Below, in pieces: positions 39,878 to 49,809 of a stretch of DNA of 64,000 nucleotides (positions are counted from its first letter, which is position 1; the number at the start of each line of letters is the position of its first letter). The notes under the pieces are model-generated. The model saw only the letters and a program-made list of their open reading frames with translations. It made no database searches and was not told where the DNA came from. A program made the translations under genes and the position numbers. Source of the stretch: Verrucomicrobiota bacterium (lineage in GTDB: Bacteria; Verrucomicrobiota; Verrucomicrobiia; Opitutales; Cerasicoccaceae); the NCBI GenBank assembly GCA_039818205.1, contig JBCBUK010000001.1, positions 96,001-160,000 of the forward strand, in the 5' to 3' direction.

Positions 39878-42607
39878 ATGATTAAAACCCTATCGAGCGT
39901 CGCGCTTACCCTTGGCCTAGTATGCCACGCGACCTATGCTGACACCCAGCGTCAGCTCCTGCCCCGCCTTGTCCCCGTCAACAACACTCAGCAAGTTTTT
40001 GAAAGCGAAGAGGCCTACCTAGTCATAAAGGTTAACAACGATGCTCATGTCGCAACCAATGACCTCTATTCATATTGTCCGCAACTTACCGCTCTCGCCT
40101 TAAGCCATGGCTTTGTTTTAGAGTCTCTCATCAAGGTTGATCCTGAGCGCTTACAAGCCCTCGGGGAACGCGGTGAAGCCCGTACCGGCAAAGAGCAAAC
40201 CAAGCTTAATACCTTTTTCCGGGGTGAGTTTGTCGAACAGCCTGCAATCGAAACGCTACAGCTTATTGCAGCAGCCATCGATGAACTCGAGACGGTTGAA
40301 TACTGCCATATCGCTTACAAAACGCTCATCCCCCCCGGCGCAGTGACCTCGGACACTCCGGACCTAACGGAATACCAAACCTATCGGAACGGCGAAGCAG
40401 GAGTAAATATTGACTATGCCTGGGACTTTGGAGCTGGCGGTTGGGGAGTCCGCCTGAGCGATGTGGAATTCTATTGGAACCTGGACCATGAGGACATCAT
40501 CGACGCCGGCATCCAGCAGGAGCCAAATCAAACCCCGCACCCGCTGACCCTGCAGTTTGTTCCTCATCACGGCCTTGGCGTTGTGGGAATTACCTCTGCA
40601 GTCCCCAATGAGTTCGGCATGACCGGCCTCGTCCCCGATGCCGAGGTATGGGTCTACCCAGAATTCACCATCGAAGGCGGTATTCGTCGCTTTGACGCCG
40701 TTGCGACCGCCATTGCAGACTCCCGTCCCGGGGATGTTGTCATGCTCGAGATGCAAACTCCCGGATTGACCGACGACCCAGCTGGCTTCGCTCCCGCGGA
40801 ACTCGAGTTGCCCCTGTGGGAAATTATTCGCGCAGGAACCGATGCGGGCGTTATTATCGTCGCAGTTGCGGGCAACGGAAATCAAGACCTCGATTCGCCG
40901 CTCTATGCGCCTTACATGGCACGCGGCGACAGCGGAGCAATCATGGTTGGCGCCGGAACACCCGACACCGAGCACAACCGATTGTTCTTCTCAAATTACG
41001 GAACTCGCGTAAACGCCCAAGGCTGGGGTTGGGATGTTGCCACTCTGGGTGAAGGCGACTTTATGATTTTTGAGGGTGACGAGAACCGCGCCTACACGAA
41101 CACCTTCAACGGCACCAGTTCGGCTACTCCGTTCGTCGCCGCAGCTTGTGTCTCGTTACAATCGCTTGCTCAGGAGGAACTCGGTCGACGCCTTTCTCCA
41201 GCGGAAATGCGCGATCTGATCACAACCACGGGAACCCCACAAGGAGACGGATTACACATCGGCCCGTTCATCAATATGAAATCCTCGATTGATGAGCTCC
41301 TGAGCCGCAACTGGGTTACCGCCATCAATTGCGGCGGTGAGGAGTTTATCTCTGCATCCGGAATCGTCTACGCTGAAGACACCGACTTTGACGGTGGATC
41401 GACGATCCAGGTGCTAGACGACATTGCCGATACACCTGATGATGCAGTCTTTGCTTCAGCGCGACAAGGCGAGTTCGAGTATGAGATCGAAGTCCCCAAA
41501 GGAGAATACGAGTTGGTGCTCCACTTTGCTGAGATCGCTGGTTCTCCCACGAGTTCGGTTACTGTTACTGCCGAGGGCGATACCATTGCCGAAAACCTCA
41601 ATATCGCAGATGAGGCTGGAGGCGCATTAACTGCGCTTACCTTGTCCGAGACTATTGTCATTCGTGACAAGGAGCTTGATCTTGAAGTCTCGGGCTTGGG
41701 TGCTTCGCTGTCGGGTTTCTATCTCCGTCCCGTTTCAGAAATAGTAGTAGCCGTTAACTGCGGCGGTAGCAACTACCGCTCTCGGAAAGGCATTACTTTC
41801 TCCACCGATAAATTCTACTCGGGCGGCAATAGCTTTGAGACCACAGACCGCATAAAGGAGACTGTTGATCAGCCAACTCATCAAACGGCACGTCAGGGCG
41901 AGTTTAGCTATAATGTGCCGGTGGAGAACGGTAGCTATGCCGTGGTCGCCCAATTTGCAGCAATTGATGAGACTCTCCTTGAAACCGATTCCATGACCCT
42001 TACCATCGAAGGCGATCCTGTCTTGGCCGACTTTTCCGTCATCGATTCGGCAAATGGAACCGACCGTGCCTATCGCACGGTATTGCCTGCCACCGTTACC
42101 GACGGAGTTCTGAGCCTGAAAATTGAAAGCACCAGCGGTAACGGCCAACTGAATGCTTTCTATATCAGCGAACTCGCTGAGGTTACGGTCGCGGTTAACA
42201 GTGGCGGCAGCTACTTGATCGATGACGACATCCTTTACTTTCCGGACTTTGGCTATACCGGCGGATCTACCTTTGGCCTACCAGCAAGATTTCTTGGGTT
42301 GTTCTTAAACTCCTCGGGACGTCAGGGAGATTTCAGTTATTCGGTCGATGTTCCCGATGGAGACTATGTCCTGACCCTAAATCTAGCGAATGCGAACGGA
42401 CATTTCGACCTAACAGTCGAAGGAGATGCGGTTCCGCTGGCCCGCCGAGCCCGCGGTGCTCGTAGCTTTGGCGCAGACCGTGAAATCGAAGTTCCAGTCA
42501 CCATCGAGGATGGTAACATCGATTTCCAGCTGGAATCGACTCGCCGAAGCGGAGCGAAACTCAACTCCTGGAAGTTGGTTGCGTTCAACAGCTCTGACAG
42601 AAGTTAG
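39878..42607 (+). CDS. Secreted S8 subtilase with three C-terminal malectin-like domains
   Basis: Triad motifs LSDVE, HGLGVVG, FNGTSSATP; AGNG oxyanion Asn; three AINCGG/AVNCGG/AVNSGG...RQG.F.Y...V..G.Y repeats. Confidence 0.88.
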   Translation: MIKTLSSVALTLGLVCHATYADTQRQLLPRLVPVNNTQQVFESEEAYLVIKVNNDAHVATNDLYSYCPQLTALALSHGFVLESLIKVDPERLQALGERGEARTGKEQTKLNTFFRGEFVEQPAIETLQLIAAAIDELETVEYCHIAYKTLIPPGAVTSDTPDLTEYQTYRNGEAGVNIDYAWDFGAGGWGVRLSDVEFYWNLDHEDIIDAGIQQEPNQTPHPLTLQFVPHHGLGVVGITSAVPNEFGMTGLVPDAEVWVYPEFTIEGGIRRFDAVATAIADSRPGDVVMLEMQTPGLTDDPAGFAPAELELPLWEIIRAGTDAGVIIVAVAGNGNQDLDSPLYAPYMARGDSGAIMVGAGTPDTEHNRLFFSNYGTRVNAQGWGWDVATLGEGDFMIFEGDENRAYTNTFNGTSSATPFVAAACVSLQSLAQEELGRRLSPAEMRDLITTTGTPQGDGLHIGPFINMKSSIDELLSRNWVTAINCGGEEFISASGIVYAEDTDFDGGSTIQVLDDIADTPDDAVFASARQGEFEYEIEVPKGEYELVLHFAEIAGSPTSSVTVTAEGDTIAENLNIADEAGGALTALTLSETIVIRDKELDLEVSGLGASLSGFYLRPVSEIVVAVNCGGSNYRSRKGITFSTDKFYSGGNSFETTDRIKETVDQPTHQTARQGEFSYNVPVENGSYAVVAQFAAIDETLLETDSMTLTIEGDPVLADFSVIDSANGTDRAYRTVLPATVTDGVLSLKIESTSGNGQLNAFYISELAEVTVAVNSGGSYLIDDDILYFPDFGYTGGSTFGLPARFLGLFLNSSGRQGDFSYSVDVPDGDYVLTLNLANANGHFDLTVEGDAVPLARRARGARSFGADREIEVPVTIEDGNIDFQLESTRRSGAKLNSWKLVAFNSSDRS

Positions 42608-42749
42608 TTCATATCACCAGCGGATTGGGGCGGTCCAACATAGACCGCCTCAATCGTAAGCCTGCTGGCAGAAAAACAGGAAAACTAGTCGGGTTGAAAA
42701 AATCCTGAACATTCGGAAAGGAAATCAACAAGCCTGCGACTACTACCCT

Positions 42750-43217
42750 ATGAATTGCAGTCGGAAGCACCTTAGTCGTCGCCGTGGTTTCACCTTGATT
42801 GAGCTAATGGTGGCCGTGGTAGTTCTCGGAGTTATATTGGCGATTGCGGTGCCAGGATTCATCCGGCTGAGGGAAGCAAGCCAAGCCGCCAGTCTTGCCA
42901 ATGATTTCCGGGTGTTCTCACACGCAATCCATGAATTCCATATTCTTGAAGGAGATTGGCCGCACCCAAACAGCAATCCCGGCGAATTTCCCGACGGAAT
43001 GGATGGCTTTCTTTCTAGTAGCTGGACCCGGATGGCCCCCATTGGCGGCTACTATTTCTTTGAGCATCAGCCCGGCGGTGATGCACAACTTGTGCTGCGA
43101 GCCGATCGTATCAACGACCACATTGTTGAGCTCGTTGACAAGAAGTTAGACGATGGAAACCCAGCGACCGGCCAATTAGTCGGCAATGGCCAAGAGATCG
43201 TCTTCAGGTTTCTTTAG
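42750..43217 (+). CDS. Type II secretion / type IV pseudopilin-like protein
   Basis: RRGFTLIELMVAVVVLGVILAIAVP; C-terminal VDKKLDDG. Confidence 0.85.
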   Translation: MNCSRKHLSRRRGFTLIELMVAVVVLGVILAIAVPGFIRLREASQAASLANDFRVFSHAIHEFHILEGDWPHPNSNPGEFPDGMDGFLSSSWTRMAPIGGYYFFEHQPGGDAQLVLRADRINDHIVELVDKKLDDGNPATGQLVGNGQEIVFRFL

Positions 43218-43536
43218 TCCCGGGATTCCTGTATAAGTATCTAGTATCGGCTTGCGAAGGCAACATATGAACATTGTCGCGTTGGTCTGATTTTCGGCGC
43301 CTCAAATTGCCTTGCCAACTGCAGACGTGGGAACCCTTCCCCATCCTACCTGACTAGATTTCCTAAGCAATTGGCCAATCAAGCCCAAAGCTGAATGAGG
43401 CTCCCACAGGAGTTAAATAAATACTTAACCCTAGTCCCGTTGATTGAAGCGTAAATTGGACTCTTTGATCCAAAGTATACTCTAAGCCTCGAACGGATTA
43501 GCTCGCTCGTCAAACAAACGAGGAGGTGGGAGTTAG

Positions 43537-43701
43537 GTGGCACGAGGTGGAAAATTTTTAGCCTTAGTCATTTCGTTTTATTGGATCTATCGAATTTTTG
43601 AACCATCCGAATCCCGCATCAATAAAAGGATTGGTTCGATATCCACCTTTTTCCCGAATAAATCTACAATATTTATGACTAAAACCGCCAATCGAAAGTA
43701 A
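43537..43701 (+). CDS. Candidate 54-aa small protein with hydrophobic N-terminus
   Basis: AGGAGGT SD at 43521, GTG start; MARGGKFLALVISFYWIYRIFEPSESRINKRIGSISTFFPNKSTIFMTKTANRK. Confidence 0.25.
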   Translation: MARGGKFLALVISFYWIYRIFEPSESRINKRIGSISTFFPNKSTIFMTKTANRK

Positions 43702-43831
43702 TATAGGTATGACAGGTATCTGTTATGCGTTCGAAGGTTAGGTTGAACGCAGATAGTAGCCCGTTGCTTACCCACCTCCCGCCAAGAATATAATCCCACC
43801 TCCCGCCTGGAATCTACGGGGTTATCAATAA

Positions 43832-43869
43832 TCAATCGGCCAGTTCTAGAACTGGCCGATTGAGTTTTT
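43832..43869 (+). terminator. Intrinsic terminator (perfect 32-bp palindrome + T tract)
   Basis: TCAATCGGCCAGTTCTAGAACTGGCCGATTGA followed by GTTTTT. Confidence 0.8.
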
Positions 43870-44147
43870 ATGGGTATGACGCGATAGACACTGTTGAGTC
43901 CTTGCTATCGAAAATTGCCAACATATACCAAATGCGACATGAGATCTTTCGCCAACGTAGCTTGCGACTGAAAATCAATTAGCAAAGAACTGTTTAATTG
44001 TCTTACGTCCACGACTACCTGCTTGATTCAGGAACTTTCAAGCTCCTCGCAGCGCCTACCAAAAGATAACTAGTTATGGCGTGAAGCATCTCAAATATCC
44101 GTATAGATTCATGGGAGTATTTCTAAAATCCCACCGCATGATTTTCC

Positions 44148-45665
44148 TTGCTGATGCCGTTACCAAAAATCTTTCCGATACTAATGACGCTTGCTCCACT
44201 GTGGGGATCTAGCGCCTCCGCAACCACCGACCCTGCGCCCGTGCGGCCCAATATTATTTGGATCATGGCTGAGGACATCGGTACCGACCTAGCCTGCTAC
44301 GGAACTGCTGGGGTTAGAACGCCGAACTTGGACCGCATGGCTGCCGAGGGGGCGCTATTTACCAAAGCCTATTGTTCGAACCCCATATGCTCACCGAATC
44401 GCTCGGCTATGATGGTCGGAGCCCATCAGAATGAGTTCGATGCTCAGCATCACCGGAGCAATCGCAATAAGCCATTGCTCGGCCCCTACAAACCGATTAC
44501 CTACTGGTTACGCGAATCCGGCTACACGTGCATTCTTGGAAGCAGCGACGTCCGCGGAAGAGGCCAGAAAATCGATTGCAATTTCAAATGCACGGCGACT
44601 GGCCCCTACGACGGCGAGACGCAGTTCGGGTTGTTCGACAAGGTTGGCGACTTTGAAGCAAACGACCGACCCTTCTTCAACCAGATCCAGCTAAACGTGA
44701 CGCACCGCGGCGATTGGTGGAACCAAATCCGACGCGATTCTGAAAACCCCGTCTCCATGGACGCCATTCAGCTACCGCTCTACCTCGCGGATACGCCGCA
44801 GATTCGGTATGACTGGGCTGCCTACCTGGACACGATTGAATACATGGACAACGAAGTTGGGCGCCTGTTTGAGAGGCTCGAACGAGAAGGACTAGTGGAT
44901 AACACAATCGTTATATTTGTCGGAGACAATGGGCGATGTAATCTACGCGGCAAAGGCTATCTCCACGAACCGGGAATCCACGTTCCGTTGATTATATGGG
45001 CGCCCGATATCTATCAGCCCGGAACCGTGATTGAAGGGCTCGTTTGCACGACTGACATCGCGGCAAGTGTCCTTAACCTCGCTGGCATTGAGTTACCAGA
45101 CTACGTAACCGGACGTCCGTTCATCGGAGTTATTGACCCGCAATATCGCGACTATGTTTATTCCGCGCGCGACATTTGGGACGAGATCGATGAGGCGTGC
45201 CGGAGCATCACTACGAAACGCTGGAAATACATTCGCAACTACATGCCAGAGGTCCCCTGGGAGGCAGACCAAGCGTACTTGGACCTAAACCGTCCCGCGC
45301 TCCACGTGATGCGACAACTCAACGAGGAAGGCCGACTCGATGCCAATCAACAGATATTCTTTGCCGATCAAAAACCAGCGGAAGAACTTTACGACCTCGA
45401 AGGGGATCCTCAGGAGCTCTACAACCTTGCCCCACTTCCTGCCTACCAAGGAACTCTAGAGGACATGCGTGGGCATATGGCGGAGTGGCAGGCAAACCAT
45501 CGCGATTACGGCCTTGAAGATCTCGGCCAGCGCACTCCCGACCCCAACATGCGTTCGGTGCTGGTTCGCGAGGCAGCCCAGTCACAAGCACCCGAACTTT
45601 GGCAACGTTTGGAAAGTGGGGAGTTGATGGAAACCCAAAGCTGGAAGCGCTTCATCGAACCGTAG
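44148..45665 (+). CDS. S1 sulfatase
   Basis: Signal peptide; PNIIWIMAEDIG, CSPNRSAMMVG, GDNG, KYIRNYMPE, EELYDL. Confidence 0.92.
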   Translation: MLMPLPKIFPILMTLAPLWGSSASATTDPAPVRPNIIWIMAEDIGTDLACYGTAGVRTPNLDRMAAEGALFTKAYCSNPICSPNRSAMMVGAHQNEFDAQHHRSNRNKPLLGPYKPITYWLRESGYTCILGSSDVRGRGQKIDCNFKCTATGPYDGETQFGLFDKVGDFEANDRPFFNQIQLNVTHRGDWWNQIRRDSENPVSMDAIQLPLYLADTPQIRYDWAAYLDTIEYMDNEVGRLFERLEREGLVDNTIVIFVGDNGRCNLRGKGYLHEPGIHVPLIIWAPDIYQPGTVIEGLVCTTDIAASVLNLAGIELPDYVTGRPFIGVIDPQYRDYVYSARDIWDEIDEACRSITTKRWKYIRNYMPEVPWEADQAYLDLNRPALHVMRQLNEEGRLDANQQIFFADQKPAEELYDLEGDPQELYNLAPLPAYQGTLEDMRGHMAEWQANHRDYGLEDLGQRTPDPNMRSVLVREAAQSQAPELWQRLESGELMETQSWKRFIEP

Positions 45666-45763
45666 ATGCCTGTGCGTTGAAAGCAAGAGAGCGCAGCCGA
45701 TATTGGCCACGCTCTCAGAAAAAGTCTGTCACTCAGCAAGTGCCAAGCAAGAAGCATGGGCTA

Positions 45764-46723
45764 TTATTCCTTGTATTTGAACGGCCGACGCTTTGCATTA
45801 GTGTCAGTTGGGAAATCATCTGGAATCGGAATCGTTACCTCACCAGTTGCTGCCCATTCGGTTCCGCGGAGCAAGGTGGTGATGAATCCGACGCCTTCAA
45901 ACGCAGGGGTGTCATGACCGAGTGTCGTGTGGAAAACACGTCCTTCACCAAACTCCAAAGCCATCAGAACCGGCTCATGGCGATCGGTCGGCGCATTCTC
46001 GTTTTGATCTTTACCAGTTGCCAACACCGCCATGTTCTCTGCGGGTCCGCGCAACTTTGCGTAGCATTCATCATTGGTCGTCAACCACACAGTCGGCATG
46101 TCTTGTGTAATTGGATGGTAGGGATCACGAATGGTTATCGGAAACTTGTGAACGGGACCATGGGCTCCAGCACCGCCGGGCGAATTGTCATGGACGAGCT
46201 CGCCATCGTTAGTGTAGTAAACATAGGGGCCATCTTTCTCGTTTCGGCCTCCCCAGCCACCGATGCCAATCATCTCATTGTAGGCTTCCCATCCCGGGAA
46301 ACTATTGTCGGCAGCATGAACGGAAACAAATCCACCACCGGTGCCAACAAACTCTTCAAAAGCGCGCTGAGTTTCTTTCGGCCAAGGTGCCGCTTTCCAA
46401 CCAAAGTTTGAAATGACGACATCGTAGTCTTTGAAACTAGGCATAAAATCCGGATCAGTTTTGGGATTTTGAACGGCTTCAGCCTCGCCGGTCTCTGCGA
46501 GCGGCAAGTATGACTGCTCACGGAACGATTTCCAGATATACTTCGTGCGATCGACATCGACGTCAAACAGACCCGTCTCCTCAAGGTACTGCTTCATCAT
46601 GATCGTCGATTTTGGCCAAACCGCATGGTTATTCTGACCATCAATAATCAAAACCTTGATTTTATCACTGGCGACGGCGCTGCCTGCCGCGACTAGAAGG
46701 AGTAATATTAGAATGTTTTTCAT
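45764..46723 (-). CDS. ThuA domain (trehalose utilisation-like) protein
   Basis: Signal peptide; VLIIDGQNNH, GGGFVSVHAA, DECY, GRVFHTTLGH, RGTEWAATG. Confidence 0.88.
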   Translation of the reverse strand: MKNILILLLLVAAGSAVASDKIKVLIIDGQNNHAVWPKSTIMMKQYLEETGLFDVDVDRTKYIWKSFREQSYLPLAETGEAEAVQNPKTDPDFMPSFKDYDVVISNFGWKAAPWPKETQRAFEEFVGTGGGFVSVHAADNSFPGWEAYNEMIGIGGWGGRNEKDGPYVYYTNDGELVHDNSPGGAGAHGPVHKFPITIRDPYHPITQDMPTVWLTTNDECYAKLRGPAENMAVLATGKDQNENAPTDRHEPVLMALEFGEGRVFHTTLGHDTPAFEGVGFITTLLRGTEWAATGEVTIPIPDDFPTDTNAKRRPFKYKE

Positions 46724-46883
46724 AGATTGCTCTTGAGTTCCTAGAAGGATCATACGAATAAATCGCGCTTCCAAGCAAAATATCTAACGATACCAATGCC
46801 AGAAAAATTCGGATAAAGTGCGCCGAAAAGCCCCCAAAGCACACCGTCAACGGGAGTAAAGCGGCTCCTTTGGCCCGCCAGGC

Positions 46884-48584
46884 CTACCAGAACATTAGAT
46901 AGAGGACCACGGTTAGCAGGACGACTCCTACCCCGCACATTTTGGCAAATGGTGACGACGTGACGTCAATCTCCTTGTTTACTGGCATCTCGACGGGTTC
47001 CTTCAGTGGGGTAAACAGGGTCAAGGCAACGCCAGTCAGTACTACCACGATCAGGGTAATCGACATGCGGATCAGGAAGGCGACGTCACCCGCAAACAGT
47101 AGCAATGCCCCGTAAACAACAACACTGGTGATAATGCCAATCTTACCGAAGCTGCGAGGCGTCTTGGGGGAGAAGAAGCCAAAGATGAATACCGTTAGAA
47201 ATCCTGGAGAAATGAACCCCTGAAACTCCTGAATGTAGGCAAAGATACTGCGGAAGTTGTCCAGATAGGGAGCAACCAGAGCGGCGATCAAAGCGAATCC
47301 AACTACCATACCGCGACCGACTTTGACCAACCGTGCCTGATTCTTGTCATTAGCGACCTTTGAATAGAGGTCGATCGTCGCCAGGGTCGAGGCGGAGTTC
47401 AGCATAGAAGCGAGCGAGCTGATCACCGCCCCACATAACGCTGCCAAAACGAACCAGGAAATCAGCGGGATGGGTTTGATCAAATTTCGGACCAATACCG
47501 GAAAGGCGCGGTCATAGTCATATTCTCCCGTGGAACTATTGAGGAGATCTCCACTGAAAAGGTTGTAACATATGATGCCAGGTATCACTACCAGGAACGG
47601 GATAAGCAGCTTAAGAAAGGCTGCAAAAACAATTCCCTTCTGGCCTTCCGCCAGAGATTTGGCACCGAGCGTTCGCTGAACGATAAACTGATTCAATCCC
47701 CAGTAGAAGAAATTTGGAATCCAGATGCCGAGCAAAAGTGCTGTCCACGGCATATCGGGATCGTTCGCCGGGCGAATCATGTGCAATTTACCACCGGCTC
47801 CATTTACACCTACGATTGCAACACCTTCACCGTCAACCCCATCATTCAGCAGCACAAAACGCTCCCACGGACCAGCGTTTTCAAGGTCCTCAACAGTCGC
47901 GTTCGAATTAGCGACTTTGGATTCAATCAATTCTTCGGCCGGTTTTTCCGCCAGGTAATGGAACGCCATCACCGAGACAATAATACCCCCAACAATCAAG
48001 GCAGCTCCCCAAATGAGATCTGTCCAGGCACACGCCTTCAATCCACCAATAAACACGTATACTGCTGCCAATATTGCGATCGCCCAACACATCGCTGGCA
48101 AACTGCTCAAAATCGGAACGTCGTTATAGTATTCGGAAACAAACTTTGCACCGGAAAAAATCACCGTGGACGTGTTAACTAACACCAACGTGATCACCGC
48201 AGGAATCGACATCGCCAAACGCGCGACGCCATCATACCGATACTCCAAGAACTCAGGAATTGTGTAGAGCCCACATTTTAGAAAACGGGGCAAAAACCAA
48301 AAAGCCACAACGACCAACGTGATCGCGGCAATCCATTCCCACGCGGCAATCGCCAGGCCTTGCCGATCGGCCGCGCCGCCCGACATGCCGACAAACTGTT
48401 CGGTCGAGATATTCGCGGCGATTAGCGAGAACCCAACTAACCACCAAGTTAGGCCTCGGCCCGCCAAAAAGTAATCGGAAGCTCCCTTCTCCCCGTCGGT
48501 TTCCTCATCGCGGCTTTTCCAAATTCCCAGCGCAATGACGCCAATAACAGCAGAGATAAACAGGACAATTTCTAATACGTTCAT
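46884..48584 (-). CDS. Sodium/sugar symporter (SSS, vSGLT-like)
   Basis: DYFLAGRGLTWW, AANISTEQFVGMSG, YWGLNQFIVQRTL, SSLASMLNS, IQEFQG. Confidence 0.93.
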   Translation of the reverse strand: MNVLEIVLFISAVIGVIALGIWKSRDEETDGEKGASDYFLAGRGLTWWLVGFSLIAANISTEQFVGMSGGAADRQGLAIAAWEWIAAITLVVVAFWFLPRFLKCGLYTIPEFLEYRYDGVARLAMSIPAVITLVLVNTSTVIFSGAKFVSEYYNDVPILSSLPAMCWAIAILAAVYVFIGGLKACAWTDLIWGAALIVGGIIVSVMAFHYLAEKPAEELIESKVANSNATVEDLENAGPWERFVLLNDGVDGEGVAIVGVNGAGGKLHMIRPANDPDMPWTALLLGIWIPNFFYWGLNQFIVQRTLGAKSLAEGQKGIVFAAFLKLLIPFLVVIPGIICYNLFSGDLLNSSTGEYDYDRAFPVLVRNLIKPIPLISWFVLAALCGAVISSLASMLNSASTLATIDLYSKVANDKNQARLVKVGRGMVVGFALIAALVAPYLDNFRSIFAYIQEFQGFISPGFLTVFIFGFFSPKTPRSFGKIGIITSVVVYGALLLFAGDVAFLIRMSITLIVVVLTGVALTLFTPLKEPVEMPVNKEIDVTSSPFAKMCGVGVVLLTVVLYLMFW

Positions 48585-48709
48585 CGGTAGTAGATTGAGA
48601 TCAATAAAGTAGAGTGCGCCTAAAGGCTTCCAGCCGACGCGCGGTTAGATGAGGGGTATCTCAAGGAGGCAGCCTCAAGCATCACCCTGAGTCCGGGAGA
48701 TGACAAGCA

Positions 48710-48740
48710 ATAATCCCTCCAGCCACACCGGAGGGATTAT
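48710..48740. terminator. 11-bp hairpin after the DUF1080 gene
   Basis: ATAATCCCTCC-N9-GGAGGGATTAT. Confidence 0.6.
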
Positions 48741-48790
48741 AAAATAGACTTCACAATCAACCGACGAATTGTCGGACCAATTGACCGTTG

Positions 48791-49639
48791 CTAGTTACTA
48801 TCGGAACGGAAGCGTACCTTCTCAGCAATCGCTGGCGGAAAGGCATCAATATTCTTCAACTCGATGTCTTTGTAATCAATCTCAGCCGCTTCGGACTGCA
48901 ATTGAATCTGCCCGGATACCAAGGGCGTTCCATCTTGCTTGGTTGCATCTTCGATGACCATCACAATTTCACCATTAACTACATGAACTGCGTCATTGCC
49001 GATAACGTATAGGTCGAGTTGATTCCACTCACCGTATGGTTTCTCGGCGTCGTGGGATTTTGTTACATAATAGGCATTCACATATTCCTCAGCTTCTGGA
49101 TCGTAGAGCTGCCGTTTCTCCAAATTTTTTCCTCTCACAAAGGCTTTCACGCCTCCCAGGGGAATGAAGTCACCGAAATCGGTCTCTTGAATCTGGAACT
49201 CCATACACGCTTTCCAAACCTGCCAAAACTTCCCGTGCTCGCCGTAGCAATTGTAGAGCAATCCAGAGTCGCGCTTTGCGTTCAAACGCGGTTCCCACTT
49301 CTTTTCTCCCCAGCGAACCTTCATGCGCAAATGGTAATTCGCATAATCCTCCAAGGTGGTTATTCCGCCATAAATCTCGCCCGAAACGCGAAGGATTAAT
49401 TCGTCGCCCTCTTCAACAATCGTAAAGACGCCCTTAACGTCGTTATCGAGTCCCATCGGGGTGCCCTTGTGCACATTATCCGACTGGTAGGTCCCCTCGG
49501 GCAATCCAACAACCGTGGCATGCGGAACGCCCATCCAAATCTCAAACTTGGAAAGTTCTGGATCAAGCAATGATTCCCAATCATCCGCGAACAAGGAGCT
49601 GGAAAAAAGAAGGGTAACGAATATTAGGATTTTACGCAT
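48791..49639 (-). CDS. DUF1080 / 3-keto-disaccharide hydrolase family protein
   Basis: YANYHLR, RDSGLLY, EFQIQE, EKPYGEWN, HVVNG, GQIQLQSEAAEIDYKDI. Confidence 0.9.
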   Translation of the reverse strand: MRKILIFVTLLFSSSLFADDWESLLDPELSKFEIWMGVPHATVVGLPEGTYQSDNVHKGTPMGLDNDVKGVFTIVEEGDELILRVSGEIYGGITTLEDYANYHLRMKVRWGEKKWEPRLNAKRDSGLLYNCYGEHGKFWQVWKACMEFQIQETDFGDFIPLGGVKAFVRGKNLEKRQLYDPEAEEYVNAYYVTKSHDAEKPYGEWNQLDLYVIGNDAVHVVNGEIVMVIEDATKQDGTPLVSGQIQLQSEAAEIDYKDIELKNIDAFPPAIAEKVRFRSDSN

Positions 49640-49809
49640 AACAAAGACCGGTAAGCTAGAGCCACAATTAACGCAACGCGAATTTTTCCGCGAAGCCGGG
49701 TTCCACGATCAGTTCAGGATATCCATAGATATAGTTTAGGAAGGAACTGGCGCATTGACTTAGCCGGTGAATCCAGACTACCAAAGAGACGTCATCTACC
49801 CTATTATAC

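Larger units (their letters stand above)
43488..43869 (+). ncRNA. Candidate structured RNA / small-ORF transcript of unknown family
   Basis: TATACT -10-like box at 43476; several nested complementary stems; ends in a strong terminator with no annotated gene to terminate. Confidence 0.4.

Noticed and set aside
43524..43550. MraZ-box-like GTGG repeats at ~10-nt spacing
   Set aside because: No mraZ/dcw genes nearby; better explained as part of the paired RNA element, though not excluded.
43771..43807. CCCACCTCCCGCC repeat as a tRNA 3'-end/att site or mini CRISPR
   Set aside because: No cloverleaf or TTCGA arm, no integrase or cas genes, and only two 13-nt copies with an 11-nt spacer.
43587..43835. 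82-aa minus-strand ORF across the structured element
   Set aside because: TTG start inside the terminator palindrome; its REVG repeat merely reflects the DNA repeat.
45599..46411. 270-aa plus-strand ORF and other long shadow ORFs (e.g. 31435..32154, 56091..57029, 56992..57780)
   Set aside because: Antisense or out of frame to well-supported genes, with no motifs.
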